Assembly: GCA_963843145.1 (NCBI GenBank)
Contig: CAWJJC010000013.1
Location: 10,874 to 74,873 of the forward strand
DNA length: 64,000 nucleotides
Source of the DNA: an uncultured delta proteobacterium
GTDB taxonomy: Bacteria > Desulfobacterota > RBG-13-43-22
Reading direction: 5' to 3'
The notes under the pieces are model-generated. The model searched no databases. It was not told where the DNA came from and saw nothing but the letters and a program-made list of their open reading frames with translations. Position 1 is the stretch's first letter, and every line of letters begins with the position of its first letter. Made by a program: the position numbers and the translations under genes. Shown piece by piece: positions 50,919 through 61,990 of this stretch.

Positions 50919-52662
50919 TTAGGCTATTTCTTGCCCTGTCCCCATCTTCTCCGGCCAGATCGCCTGCACGACCGTCCCTTTGCCGGGCGAGGATTCGATG
51001 GAGAAGGTCCCTCCCGACAACTCGGTCCGCTCCCGCATGCTGGCCAAGCCAAGCCCGCGATCAGTGGCCTCTTTAGTCAGGGCCTTTTCGATCTCGAACC
51101 CTTGACCATCGTCCCGAATGACCAGCCCCAGTGCCCCTCCGGTATTCCGCAGGGAAAGCAGCATCCGATCCGCTCCGCTGTACTTGGCGATATTGTTTAA
51201 GGCCTCCTGGGTAATCCGGAAAATCACCGTCTTCAGGGCCGCTGGAATCGCCTGCTCTTCGACCTCGAATTGTGTTTCGACCGTCAGGCCGGGAGTCCTT
51301 TTCTTGAATTCCCGGATCAGCCAGTTAAAGGTGGCCAGCAGGCCGAGGTCATCCAGCAGGGAAGGCCTGAGGGCCATCTGGATTCTCCGGCACTCCTCAA
51401 TGGCCCTCTGCAGGAGGGAGACCGTCTCCCCCAGGTCTTTGCCCCTTTGGGCGGCCTCAACCTGGTACTTGATGGCGCTCAGCAATCCCCCGATCCCGTC
51501 ATGAAGATCGATGGCGATCCTCCTTCTTTCCTCTTCCTGGGTCGACAGGAGGCGCGAGGACAGGAAACGAACTTCCGCTGTCCGCTCCTGGACCCTTCGT
51601 TCCAGCTCATCATTGGCCCTACGCAAAGCCTCCGCCGCGCCGGCCCGCTCCCGGTAATAGCGGAAGCGCTGCTGCCGCCAAATCAGGGCCACCCCGGCCC
51701 CCGCGCCGACGATCAGGGCGCCCACGATCAGGATGATCAGCCACAGGGTTTCCCGCATGGGGCCGTACACTTCCGCCTCATCCATCCGGGCCACCAGATA
51801 CCAAGGCGAATCGGGAATCGAGCGCACCGCGGCCAACACCGGGACGCCCCGGTAATCGCGCCCCTCGACTATCCCTTTCCCACCCCGGATCGCCTTCACC
51901 GCGGGAACATCCTGACTTCCCAAGGGGATACGGAGCGTCAGGGCGGTATTTTTACGAAACTTGAGCTCATTCAGAAATAAGGCGTCCTTCCCTTCCCGAC
52001 GGACAAGCAGTGTTTCGGCGGTCTCACTGGGTTCCGGCCAGCGTTGCAGGAAGGGATAGAGATAGACCTCCGGGTCGATCCTCAGGAAAAGCACCCCCAA
52101 AGGCCGGTCCCCGCCCCGATCATCCGGAATCGGGACGAGCAAGGCCAGAGAGATCTTCCGGGAGTGCTCCTGTCGGTAAAAATCCACGAAGGTGATTTGC
52201 CCGGATTGCAGTGTTTCCGCGACTTTATCTTTTTATCGCCGAAGGGAGAGGCTCATCAATATCAGGAACCGACAACCGCACAACGCCTTGGGAATCGAGC
52301 AACCGTACCCGGTCATAATCATACCCCTCCTGGATCAGCTCCATCCAAGTCCGGAGGTTTTTCTCCAGGGTCGGATCCCGGGGATGGGCGAAGAAATCCC
52401 GCATCATGACGGCAAAGACGGGATTACGAAAAAAGACCACGGCATCCCTCAAACGCTCGGTCTTCCAGTTGACTATCTCGCCGGCTTTCAAGTCGGCGAT
52501 GGCGGCCAGTTTATGTTCCATCTCCATTTTGAAATGTTTTTCCTTGCTCTGATAATTAAAGAACCCGGCCAGGACGACGCCGGCGGCCAGGATGACGAAA
52601 ATCAACCAAAGAAATCGGACGGGGCGTTTATCCTCCAAGTCCTGAAGGCTATCCATGGACAT
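50919..52662 (-). CDS. Membrane sensor kinase (Cache-like domain + HisKA_3), frameshift near 52200
   Basis: TM-periplasmic-TM, ERRRIAIDLHDGIG, LRPSLLDDLGL, QEALNNIAKYS, DDGQGF. Confidence 0.85.
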
Positions 52663-52870
52663 ACCCCCCGACCTCGGACAAACGGATTTTACCGCGAACG
52701 AACAACCCATTCCCCCGGCCGATCTCTCTTCCCTGGTCGTCAAAAACCACCGAGTCGGCTAAAATTTGTGCGTATTCCCGGGAGATAGCTATTTTCGGTT
52801 TATAGAAAGCGTTTATCGGGGCGGCTAAATACATTTTTTCCAGCGATCGGTAATGGGATTCACGGTCCAT
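52649..52870 (-). pseudogene. PaaI thioesterase with internal deletion
   Basis: N-terminal HYRSLEKMYLAAPINAFY joined directly to C-terminal ADSVVFD..GREIGRGNGLF; HGG/D core missing. Confidence 0.65.
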
Positions 52871-53101
52871 GCCAGACCTCCATTTCGGTGCGGTTGTTTA
52901 CCTTTTGTACCATGAGAAAAGGCTTTCTTCAAGTGGTGGATTTAGGGGAGTTCCCCCTTACGGCTACGACCTGCCCCTTTTTCCTGCTTGACATTTAAAC
53001 CTGATTTATTATAAGAATTTAACCCCTTGAAAGACCACTGCCGGGGTAGGGGAAGGCTTTAGCCTCCCCTCTCAAGATTATCATTGGAGAGGATCGGGGA
53101 A

Positions 53102-54028
53102 ATGAATATTATTGTTGCCGGGTCACTGGCTTACGACAGGATTATGGATTTCCCGGGATACTTTGCGGAGCATATCCTTCCCGAAAAAATTCATATTTTG
53201 AACGTCTGCTTCCAGGTGAACGGACTGAAGGAAAAATTCGGCGGCACGGCCGGGAATATTGCCTATGCCCTTTCCCTGATGGGCGAAAAACCCGTCATCT
53301 CCGCGGCCATCGGCCATGATTTTCAGCGTTACTTTGAATGGTTGGGAAAGATCGGACTCTCCACCGAATACACCAAAATCATCGAGGAGGAATTCACGGC
53401 CGGCGCCTACATCACCACCGACCGGGCCGACAACCAGATTACCGGGTTCAATCCCGGGGCCATGAAATATTCTTCCGCGCTCGATTTCGAACGATTCAAA
53501 GCGGAGAAGACGCTGATGATCATCTCTCCCGGCAATTTAGAGGACATGATGCATTATCCGAGCCGTTGCCGGGCCTTGGGGATCGACTACATCTTTGATC
53601 CCGGGCAATCCTTGCCTATGTTGGAGGCCGAGGCGCTGGTCCAGGCCCTGGACGGTTGCCGAATGCTGATTTCCAATGACTATGAACTGGATTTGATCAT
53701 GGCCAAGACGGGGTTGGACCAGGACGCGCTGCTGAAAAAGGCCCGGGTTATCATAACCACCTTGGGAGAGCACGGTTCAAGAATCGCCACCGGGGAAGGC
53801 AGCCTAAATATCCCGGCGGTTCCTCCCCGGAAGGTGGAGGACCCCACCGGCGCCGGCGATTCCTATCGGGGCGGGTTGATCAGCGGCCTGGTTCAAGGCC
53901 GAGACCTCGAGCAATCTGCCCGCTGGGGCAGCGTCTGCGCTTCCTTCGCGGTCGAGTGCTACGGCACGCAGGATTACCGGTTCAGTCCCGAAGAATTCAA
54001 CGAACGCTACAGTCGCTGTTTCGGATAA
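53102..54028 (+). CDS. PfkB family carbohydrate/nucleoside kinase (adenosine kinase-like)
   Basis: GSLAYDRIM, FGGTAGNIAY, DPGQ, DPTGAGDSYRGG; TTGACA promoter near 52988. Confidence 0.9.
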   Translation: MNIIVAGSLAYDRIMDFPGYFAEHILPEKIHILNVCFQVNGLKEKFGGTAGNIAYALSLMGEKPVISAAIGHDFQRYFEWLGKIGLSTEYTKIIEEEFTAGAYITTDRADNQITGFNPGAMKYSSALDFERFKAEKTLMIISPGNLEDMMHYPSRCRALGIDYIFDPGQSLPMLEAEALVQALDGCRMLISNDYELDLIMAKTGLDQDALLKKARVIITTLGEHGSRIATGEGSLNIPAVPPRKVEDPTGAGDSYRGGLISGLVQGRDLEQSARWGSVCASFAVECYGTQDYRFSPEEFNERYSRCFG

Positions 54029-54039
54029 GTTCGGGAATT

Positions 54040-54200
54040 ATTAACAGCCTCATAATAAAACCGACTGTCCCCTGGCCTTCCTATCGTCATTCCCGCTGCG
54101 ATTTTGGGCGGGAATCCAGCCCCTGCCTTGTGCGATTCTGGATCCCCGATTAAAACACTCGGGGATGACGGTCGGTGTAGGTACAGACTATTGGGAGATA
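54040..54200. mobile_element. MITE-like palindromic element, family B copy 2
   Basis: Colinear with 33473-33637. Confidence 0.75.
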
Positions 54201-54310
54201 ACCTCGCAAAAAGTCCCGAATGTCATCCTGAACCTTTCACCTTCTGTCACCCTGAGCCCTTCGCCTGTCACCCTGAGCGAAGCGAAGGGTCTCGTATATC
54301 GACTCAGGAA
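54201..54310. repeat. REP-like element with tandem TGTCA[CT]CCTGA units
   Basis: Three TGTCAYCCTGA repeats ending in GAGCGAAGCGAAGGGTCT; starts CTCGCAAAAAGTCCC like the 15485 element. Confidence 0.65.
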
Positions 54311-54618
54311 AAACTCCGTTTTAATTTCTTATCTTTAACGGTCCGGCGGCCTTCGGCCGGGCAGGGCGAACCTTTTTCAACCACCCGCAGCAGTATCCTA
54401 CAAAAAACGCCGTTCACCGCCAGACAGCCGGCGTGCTGGGCTTTTTCGTTATCGGCCTGGGGGCACCGGAATGAACAGAATTCCATCGGACACCTTTCGC
54501 GCCTTTCCTCGGCGGGGCTAAATCTGAACTTAAGATAGCTGTTCTTATTCTTATACGAATCTGATATATTTATCCATATTAACCATCCGAGGACGCATAT
54601 GAAAATGGGGGGACCCCG

Positions 54619-57063
54619 ATGAGCGATTCGCTGGCCCAAAACCGGATCCGGATAGACATCCAAAAGCATATCCAGTTCACTCAGGGCAATGATCCGGATC
54701 TGGCGGACCGCCGTCAGATTTTCCTCGGGCTCTGCTCCGCCGTCCGGGACCGCCTGGTCGAACGCTGGCTGAGGACCCAGCGGGCCTGCTACGAGCTGCT
54801 GGCCAAGCGGGTGTACTACCTGTCCTTGGAGTTCCTCCCCGGCCGGTTCCTGCGGAACTACCTCACCAGTCTCCAAATTGAAGCAGAGGCCCAGGAGGCC
54901 CTGCACAGTCTGGGCTATGACCTGGAGGACATCGAGGAGGAGGAATGGGACGCCGGTCTGGGAAACGGCGGCCTCGGCAGACTGGCCTCCTGCTTTCTGG
55001 ATTCCATGGCCACCCTGCAGCTCCCGGCCTACGGCTACGGAATCCGGTACGACTACGGCATCTTCTTCCAGCATATCGTCAACGGCTACCAGCAGGAGCA
55101 ATCCGACAATTGGATGCGCGAAGGCACTCCTTGGGAAATCCAGCGGCCGGAGGTGTTGTATCCCGTTCATTATTACGGGCGCTCGGAGTCTTACCGCGAT
55201 GCCCAAGGCCGGGTTCGCCACCGCTGGGTGGAGACCGAGTCGGTACTGGCCATGGCCTCCGACTTCCTGGTGCCGGGCTACGGAGGGGAGTACGTCACCA
55301 ACATGCGCCTCTGGGTGGCGAAATCAAGCCGGGAATTCAACCTCCAGGAGTTTAACCAGGGCGACTACGTGGGCGCCGTCGAAGCCAAGGTATTGAGCGA
55401 GAACATCTCCAAGGTCCTCTATCCCAGCGACGAAATGGCCCAGGGACGCGAACTGCGGCTGAAGCAGCAGTATTTTTTCGTCTCGGCCACGATTCAGGAC
55501 ATTCTTCGCAAATTCAAGAAACAGCACCGGGAATGGTCCGGCTTTCCGGAGTCCGTGGCCATTCAACTGAACGATACCCATCCCACCATCGCCATCCCCG
55601 AATTGATGCGGCAACTGATGGACGAAGAGGGGCTGGGCTGGGATGAGGCCTGGTCCATCGGCCGTCGCACCTTCGCCTACACCAACCATACGGTCTTACC
55701 CGAAGCCCTGGAGACCTGGCCGGTGGAGGTTCTGGGGCGGCTGCTGCCCCGCCACCTGGAGATCATCTACGAAATCAACGAGCGTTTTCTGGAAGAGGTC
55801 CGAAACGATTATCCCCAGGACCACGAGCTGCCGGCCCGGGTCTCGCTGATCCAGGAAGGGCCGGTGCGGCGAGTCCGCATGGCCCATCTGGCCGTGGTCG
55901 GGGGACATGCCGTCAACGGCGTGGCCAAACTGCACTCCCGGATCCTTAAGGAACAGCTCTTTCGAGACTTCGACCGGATCTTCCCGGGCCGGTTCCGCAA
56001 CGTAACCAACGGGGTCACGCCCCGGCGCTGGCTGGTTCAGGCCAATCCGGCCCTGTCCAAGCTGATCACCTCGGCCATCGGTCCGGAATGGGTGAACGAC
56101 CTGCAGCGGTTACGCCGGCTCGAACCCCTGGCGGAAGATCTCGAATTCCGAAAAGCCTGGCAGGAGACCAAACGGGAGAATAAGAAGCGCCTGGCCCGGT
56201 ACGTGCTCCGCAAAATGGGCCTGGGGGTGAATCCGGACACCCTCTTCGATGTGCAGGTCAAACGGATTCACGAATACAAACGACAGCTCCTCAATATCCT
56301 CCACACCGTAGCGCTCTATCGGCGGATCAAATCAAATCCCGATTATGCCGCCCCCGCCCGGACCGTCTTTATCGGCGGCAAAGCCGCGCCCGCCTATGTC
56401 CAGGCCAAACTCTCCATTAAGCTGGTCAACGCCGTGGCCGGGGTGGTCAACAACGATCCGGATATCCGGGGGCGGCTGCGGGTCATCTTCCTGCCGAACT
56501 ACTGCATCTCCCAGGCGGAGAAGGTGATCCCGGCGGCCGATCTCTCCGAACAAATTTCCACGGCCGGTATGGAGGCTTCCGGGACGGGCAACATGAAGTT
56601 TGCGCTCAACGGGGCCTTAACCATCGGCACCCTGGACGGCGCCAACATCGAGATCATGGAGGAAGTCGGACGAGACAACATTTTTATTTTCGGGTTGAAC
56701 GCCGAAGAAGTCGTCCGCCTCCGTTCCGGAGGCTATGCTCCCCGGGCGCTGTACGAGGCGGATCCGGAGCTGCGGGGAACGCTGGATCTTATCCGGGAGG
56801 GTTTTTTCTCACCCGAAGAGCCCCGGCTGTTCCAGCCCCTGGTGCGGGCACTCCTGGACCAGGGAGACTATTTTCTGGTCCTGGCCGACTTCCGCGCTTA
56901 CCTGGAAGCCCAGGAACGGGTGGGAGCGGTGTATGCCGACCACGAGGAATGGGCCCGCCGTTCGATCCTGAATACGGCCCGGACCGGCTTCTTCTCCAGC
57001 GACCGCTCCATCCTGGAATACGCCGGAAAAATTTGGAACGTGACCCCCCTGGAATTAACCTGA
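54619..57063 (+). CDS. glgP: Glycogen/maltodextrin phosphorylase
   Basis: GLGNGGLGRL, QLNDTHP, KRIHEYKRQ, EASGTGNMKF. Confidence 0.96.
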   Translation: MSDSLAQNRIRIDIQKHIQFTQGNDPDLADRRQIFLGLCSAVRDRLVERWLRTQRACYELLAKRVYYLSLEFLPGRFLRNYLTSLQIEAEAQEALHSLGYDLEDIEEEEWDAGLGNGGLGRLASCFLDSMATLQLPAYGYGIRYDYGIFFQHIVNGYQQEQSDNWMREGTPWEIQRPEVLYPVHYYGRSESYRDAQGRVRHRWVETESVLAMASDFLVPGYGGEYVTNMRLWVAKSSREFNLQEFNQGDYVGAVEAKVLSENISKVLYPSDEMAQGRELRLKQQYFFVSATIQDILRKFKKQHREWSGFPESVAIQLNDTHPTIAIPELMRQLMDEEGLGWDEAWSIGRRTFAYTNHTVLPEALETWPVEVLGRLLPRHLEIIYEINERFLEEVRNDYPQDHELPARVSLIQEGPVRRVRMAHLAVVGGHAVNGVAKLHSRILKEQLFRDFDRIFPGRFRNVTNGVTPRRWLVQANPALSKLITSAIGPEWVNDLQRLRRLEPLAEDLEFRKAWQETKRENKKRLARYVLRKMGLGVNPDTLFDVQVKRIHEYKRQLLNILHTVALYRRIKSNPDYAAPARTVFIGGKAAPAYVQAKLSIKLVNAVAGVVNNDPDIRGRLRVIFLPNYCISQAEKVIPAADLSEQISTAGMEASGTGNMKFALNGALTIGTLDGANIEIMEEVGRDNIFIFGLNAEEVVRLRSGGYAPRALYEADPELRGTLDLIREGFFSPEEPRLFQPLVRALLDQGDYFLVLADFRAYLEAQERVGAVYADHEEWARRSILNTARTGFFSSDRSILEYAGKIWNVTPLELT

Positions 57064-57075
57064 AGGAAGACGAAT

Positions 57076-58338
57076 ATGGATCAAAACGATTTTCCCTCCG
57101 GTGACTGGGCACTGGCCCGGCACCCGATTTTTGATGCCCGACAGGCCCTCTGGGGCTATGAAATTTTTTGTGTTTCCAATCGGGGCGGCTTGAGCCCCTC
57201 TCCGCCGGCCGGGGAGCCGTCGCTTTCCTCCATGGCCTCCGGCTCCTATGTGGGCCTGCAACAGGTCTCGGAACGGGGAAAACGGATCGTGGTCGGGCTC
57301 AACGATCGGACGTTGCTTTCGAATCTCCCTTATACGCTTCAACCCTCACTCGCGGCCTTGAAAGTCCCGGAGCGGATCGCCGTCCATCCGGACCTGATGG
57401 AAACCCTGACGCAACTCAAAACCGAGGGATACTTGTTGATGGTGGGGGATTTTTCGGGCGCCGCCGAATTGGAGCCGCTGTATCGAATGGGCGATGTTTT
57501 GGACATTGCGGCCTCGCTGGAGCCGGCCGGCCTGACCCGGCTGGTCAAGGCCGGACGGAACTTTCCGGTAAAATTGCTGGCCAGCGGAGTGGCGGACCGA
57601 GCTTGTCTGGGCGCCTGCGCCACCCTCGGTTTCGATCTGTTTCAGGGGAGCTACTTCAAGTCGCCGGAGGATGTTCCCGTCCGGCGGATCAGCTCGAACG
57701 AGATCGCCCGGCTGCGCCTCTTTCAACTCATCGAGCAGAAAGACCCCGACTTCCTCAAAGTGGCCGAGGTCATCCAGTCCGATGCCTCGATCAGCTTCCG
57801 GCTGTTGGCCCTGCTCAATTCGGCCGCCTTCGGTTTTCGGCAAAAGATTAAATCGATCCGGCAGGCGATCACCCTTTTGGGCTGGCAGAAAACCCGGAAC
57901 TGGCTGCGCGTGGCCCTGCTCAATGACCTGGCCCACGGCCTGAATTCACCGGAGTTGGTCTACCTCTCCGCCCAGCGGGGGCGGTTTCTGGAACGCATTG
58001 GAATGACCTTTGACTACTGGGGTTTTGATCCGGACAGTCTCCAACTGCTCGGGCTCTTCTCGCTCCTCGACGTCATGCTGGGGCTGCCCATGGCGGAGAC
58101 CCTCCAGTACCTGCCTCTCGAAGACAAGTTGAAGTCGGCCCTCAAGCGGGAGGCCAATAACGAATATCTCCCGCTCCTCCTGCTGGCGGAGATGCTGGAG
58201 GACGGTCACTGGGAAGACGCCGCCGCCCTGGTCCGGCAACTGGGCTTGGAGGAAGGTCCGGTCAAGGAGGCCTTCCAGGCTTCGGTGACCTGGGCCAATC
58301 AGTTTGGATCGACGGACCTGGAGGCGGCGGAGTCTTAG
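57076..58338 (+). CDS. Degenerate EAL + HDOD domain protein (YuxH-like)
   Basis: ARHPIFD..GYE, FQGSYF..P, RLLALLNSAAFG, SIRQAITLLG, GLFSLLD. Confidence 0.88.
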   Translation: MDQNDFPSGDWALARHPIFDARQALWGYEIFCVSNRGGLSPSPPAGEPSLSSMASGSYVGLQQVSERGKRIVVGLNDRTLLSNLPYTLQPSLAALKVPERIAVHPDLMETLTQLKTEGYLLMVGDFSGAAELEPLYRMGDVLDIAASLEPAGLTRLVKAGRNFPVKLLASGVADRACLGACATLGFDLFQGSYFKSPEDVPVRRISSNEIARLRLFQLIEQKDPDFLKVAEVIQSDASISFRLLALLNSAAFGFRQKIKSIRQAITLLGWQKTRNWLRVALLNDLAHGLNSPELVYLSAQRGRFLERIGMTFDYWGFDPDSLQLLGLFSLLDVMLGLPMAETLQYLPLEDKLKSALKREANNEYLPLLLLAEMLEDGHWEDAAALVRQLGLEEGPVKEAFQASVTWANQFGSTDLEAAES

Positions 58339-58345
58339 CGGGCCA

Positions 58346-58382
58346 TTATCCCCTTGACAACCCAAGGGGATAAAAGTATTCT
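58346..58382 (+). promoter_or_regulatory. Hairpin overlapping a sigma70 promoter
   Basis: TTATCCCCTTG/CAAGGGGATAA stem contains TTGACA; TATTCT lies 17 bp downstream. Confidence 0.55.
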
Positions 58383-58536
58383 TTTCTTGTAATAATAACT
58401 CCTTCCGTAAATCAGGCAAATCAAAATCTTAACTGCTAATCTTCCGGCCTGTCGTATGCTGGAAAAGGGTCCAAACCTTAGTTTCGTCCACCCTTGTACA
58501 ATGGGCAATTAAAGCCCTAAAAGGAGGAAGTGAACC

Positions 58537-60661
58537 ATGCAACGCAAGTCCATCCTCGTCATGTTTCTGTTCATCATGCTGGCAACCCCCCTCTTTCCAA
58601 TGATCCTCGCAGCGGACGACGGCGGCATCGCCGAAATGGGCGTAGAGTGGATTACTGACTGGCCCGGCACCGCCGACGACCGCCCCAACTGGTACTATTC
58701 GGCCAATAACCTTTACAACGAGCTGCTCAATCGCGGCTGGGTCGGCCGCTTCAACTGGGGCAACACCAATGCCTGGGAGCGGGATTTCAAAGGTCCGCTC
58801 GGGGGCAACAAGGGCCTGGTCGATACCGTGGACCTGGCCATGATCGGCACCCACGGTACCTCCGCCTATGATGCCAAATGGGGAAAAAACCTCAGCGCGG
58901 TGTACTTCAGCAGCAACAACGACGACTGGTTCCTCAGCCCGGGCGAGGCCTATCGCTTCTACGGGACCAATGACCTCGAATGGCTGATCTTCGACTCCTG
59001 CAGCGTGCTCCGTGACGACAGCCTGGCTTACTGGTACGAGACCTTTAACGGGCTGCACCTGATGATGGGCTTCGCCAACACCATGTACGTGGTCTATCCA
59101 GGGGACGGCGGTGTTTTTGCCGACCGGGCGATCGCATAAAAACATCCTTGGCCTCTTCACTATCCCGGCCCTCACCGTGACCCAGGCCTGGTTCAGCGCC
59201 ACGGACGACCAGCAGCCGTCCGGCGTGCGGGCCCGGGTGGTGGCCGAAGACCTGAACAACTACAACGACTACCTCTGGGGCGAAGGGTACGTGAGCCCCG
59301 ATTATCCCCATAACGGCGGCTGGTATTGGGATCACGTGTCGGGAACGCCGGCCCCGATCCCACTCATTGGCGCGGCGCCGGGCTAGTCTGGAAGTCTATC
59401 AGGTCGTGCCCCGTAACGTGGACCAGAATTACGTGGCCAACATCGGAATGGCCTTCGGCCTGACGGACACGACCAAGATCTACCAGGACGGATCAAAATT
59501 TTACATGATGGACATGGATGCTCAGCCGCCCTCCTGCCAGGACGCCGATACCGATAAATATCTATGCGATGGCAGCGTCGTTCCGACCAAATTCCTGGAG
59601 GTGGACGCGGCTAGCGGCGGTTTCTCCTTCATGAACCTGGGCGAGCTGTGGACTAAGCCGACGATGGCCCGCACGCTGCCAACCAGTGCAGAGCAGGCCC
59701 AGGGTGTATCCGCCGTCTTTTCCAGAGTGCATGCCAATTCTTTGCCGGGTTTTTCTCGTCTCTTTGCCTTCAACTGTCGAACTGGAGGGGGTGGCTCCAC
59801 TGCCGATGTTGGGCGCTGAAAAGCTGGCGGCTGCTCCGACCTATCCAACGGATTATGCCGTCTGATTATGGCCGATCGGTGGCCGCCGCCGGGCAACAAC
59901 TGTCGGTGGTCGGCCCCGGAGCGCGGTATAACATGTATATCGGGGACCTCACGGCCAACATGGGCGGGATGGCTCGGATGAAGGGCGGCTGGCGTGACGT
60001 GGTGCAGCCGCTCGTGACTAATCCGGGAAGCCAGTCCCTGGGGGCCGCGACGGTTGCTATCAAGACCGCCGCCCAGGCCTGGACTGACTTTTTGGCCGAT
60101 CCCAACATCGCCCTGGCGAAGCCTCCCTTAGGCCAGTATAACACCACGGGAAAACCTCTCCCGACCCTGGCATACTACGAGCAGGCGTCGGACGTCCCCC
60201 AGAACGAATTGATCCCGGTGTGGGTCTTCGTGGCGGACGTGTATACTACGGCCGCCCAGGCGTTGAAACAATCCCCCTTAGGGGCAAGCGAGCTGGTGGC
60301 CAGTGACGTCATCATTTATGTCCCGGCCGCAGCCGCCGACAGCGCCCTGCCGCAGGCCAGCATCACCAGCCCGACGGCCGGGACCAAGGTCTTGCCGGGC
60401 CAAAGTCTGGATCTATCTGGCACGGCGAGCGGCGGCACTCCGCCGTACACCTACCTGTGGTCATCGAGCGTGGATGGGGCCCTGGGCACTGCTGCGACGG
60501 TACCCGTTCCGGGTGGCCTGCACTCGGACGTGCATGGCGGCAACTCCCAACCGAACACCATTTCCCTGCTCGTTACCGATGCGGACGGGCAACAGTCCAC
60601 GGCCACGGTCGACGTGTCCGTGATCTTCCCGATCTACATGCCGCTCATCCTCAGGCAATAA
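58537..60661 (+). CDS. Secreted DUF6345-domain protein with Ig/PKD-like C-terminal domain; at least 3 frameshifts
   Basis: Signal peptide; AWERDF, VDL..IGTHG, LEWLIFDSC, FNGLH.MMGF, QAWF; SGGTPPYTYLWSS; ends IYMPLILRQ. Confidence 0.7.
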
Positions 60662-60692
60662 AGACCCTTTTCCTGGAGATAATGAAAAATAC

Positions 60693-60730
60693 GAAACCTG
60701 GCGAAGTAGCAAAAACTTCGCCAGGTTTCG
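60693..60730. terminator. Hairpin / probable terminator
   Basis: GAAACCTGGCGAAGT...ACTTCGCCAGGTTTC followed by GTTT. Confidence 0.65.
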
Positions 60731-60804
60731 TTTCAGGTCCTGAAAAAACTGGATTACACACGCGGATTGATCAGATTCGACGACCCAAACGTTTTTTGGA
60801 ATCC

Positions 60805-60973
60805 CCCGCTCCTCCTACTGAATGAGAACCTTGTGGACGGCTGCGGGGAGAAAGCGGCCGCCCTGGTCCGGCAATTGGGCCTGGAGGAAAGCCCCGTCAA
60901 GGAAGCCTTCCAGGCTTCGGTGACTTGGGCCAATCAGTTCGGGACCCTGGACCGGGAGACCGGGGATTCTTAG
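60805..60973 (+). pseudogene. Diverged duplicate of the HDOD gene 3' end
   Basis: AAALVRQLGLEE.PVKEAFQASVTWANQFG matches 58170-58338. Confidence 0.85.
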
Positions 60974-61237
60974 GCGGTTTCCCGGTTGCCGGTCCGAGGT
61001 TTCAAGGCTCAGAACTGCTTCCTTGAAGTCTTGTTTTTTAGTTTTGGTTCTTTATGCTACATTACAAACGGTAATTAATTTGTAACGTCCAGCCCTGCAG
61101 AGCCCCATTTTCTTCAGAAGACCCCCGTTGCCCCTTGCATTTCATCCTATTTTCTCCCGTGATCCTGTCTTTTTATATGTTATACTCTTCCCATTAAAAG
61201 GAAATTCTTATCAAAAATCACAGAAGGAGGCCCATCC

Positions 61238-61750
61238 ATGAGTGCAGCAGTCATTGACAGTCCCCAGAACGAACAAGCCCAGGCATGGTGGTTCCTCGAC
61301 TTCCTAGTCGTCGAGCACCGTTGCGCCCCCGGCATGGTGACGGTCGTGCTCGAGATGACCTTGCCGGTCGGCTCCTCGCCGCCGCTGCACGTGCACCACT
61401 CCCTTGACGACACCTGGTACATCCTCGATGGTAAGATGGTGGTGCGTTGCGGCGACGATGTACTGGTCGTCGGCGCCGGGTACTGGATGTCGATGCCGCG
61501 AGGTGTGCCGCACACCTTCCGGGTCATCGGTGATCGTGAAGCGCGCATCCTGCTCGTGCACGACAACGCCAGCTTCCGGGACTTGATCCGAGAGCTGGGG
61601 GTACCAGCCGCGGCGCACGTCGTGCCCGCACAGCCGGTCTTTCCGTCCACGGACGAGCTCGCCCGCGTGGCCATCCTCCACGACCTCACGCCGATCGGGC
61701 CGCCGATGAGCGTCGAAGACGCCGACGCGATCCTCACTGCCGCACACTAA
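61238..61750 (+). CDS. Cupin domain protein (quercetin dioxygenase-like)
   Basis: PPLHVH..DDTWYILDG, PRGVPHTFRV; AGGAGG RBS. Confidence 0.85.
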   Translation: MSAAVIDSPQNEQAQAWWFLDFLVVEHRCAPGMVTVVLEMTLPVGSSPPLHVHHSLDDTWYILDGKMVVRCGDDVLVVGAGYWMSMPRGVPHTFRVIGDREARILLVHDNASFRDLIRELGVPAAAHVVPAQPVFPSTDELARVAILHDLTPIGPPMSVEDADAILTAAH

Positions 61751-61990
61751 GCTGCCGACCGGACCAAAATGTTGGTCGCGCCGCCACACCTGACCCGTCA
61801 ATTATGAGGATCGTTTTAAAAGGATACACGGGTTGTTTCGCCCCTATGCCAAACAGGTTATGGAAGCTTTTTTTACAGTGAAATCATTAAGTTCTTCCTG
61901 CTATACGTACCAAGCTGATGTTTGACAGATAAGAGTTTATTAGTCATCATCTGTCTGATTTTCTTATTGATTTAAGAAAAGGAGACAGAG

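Noticed and set aside
54104-54538. ORFs with CHPERSEG or VIARSEATKQS peptides (also 15324..15554, 33409..33600, 50136..50351)
   Set aside because: These are translations of REP/MITE sequence, not proteins
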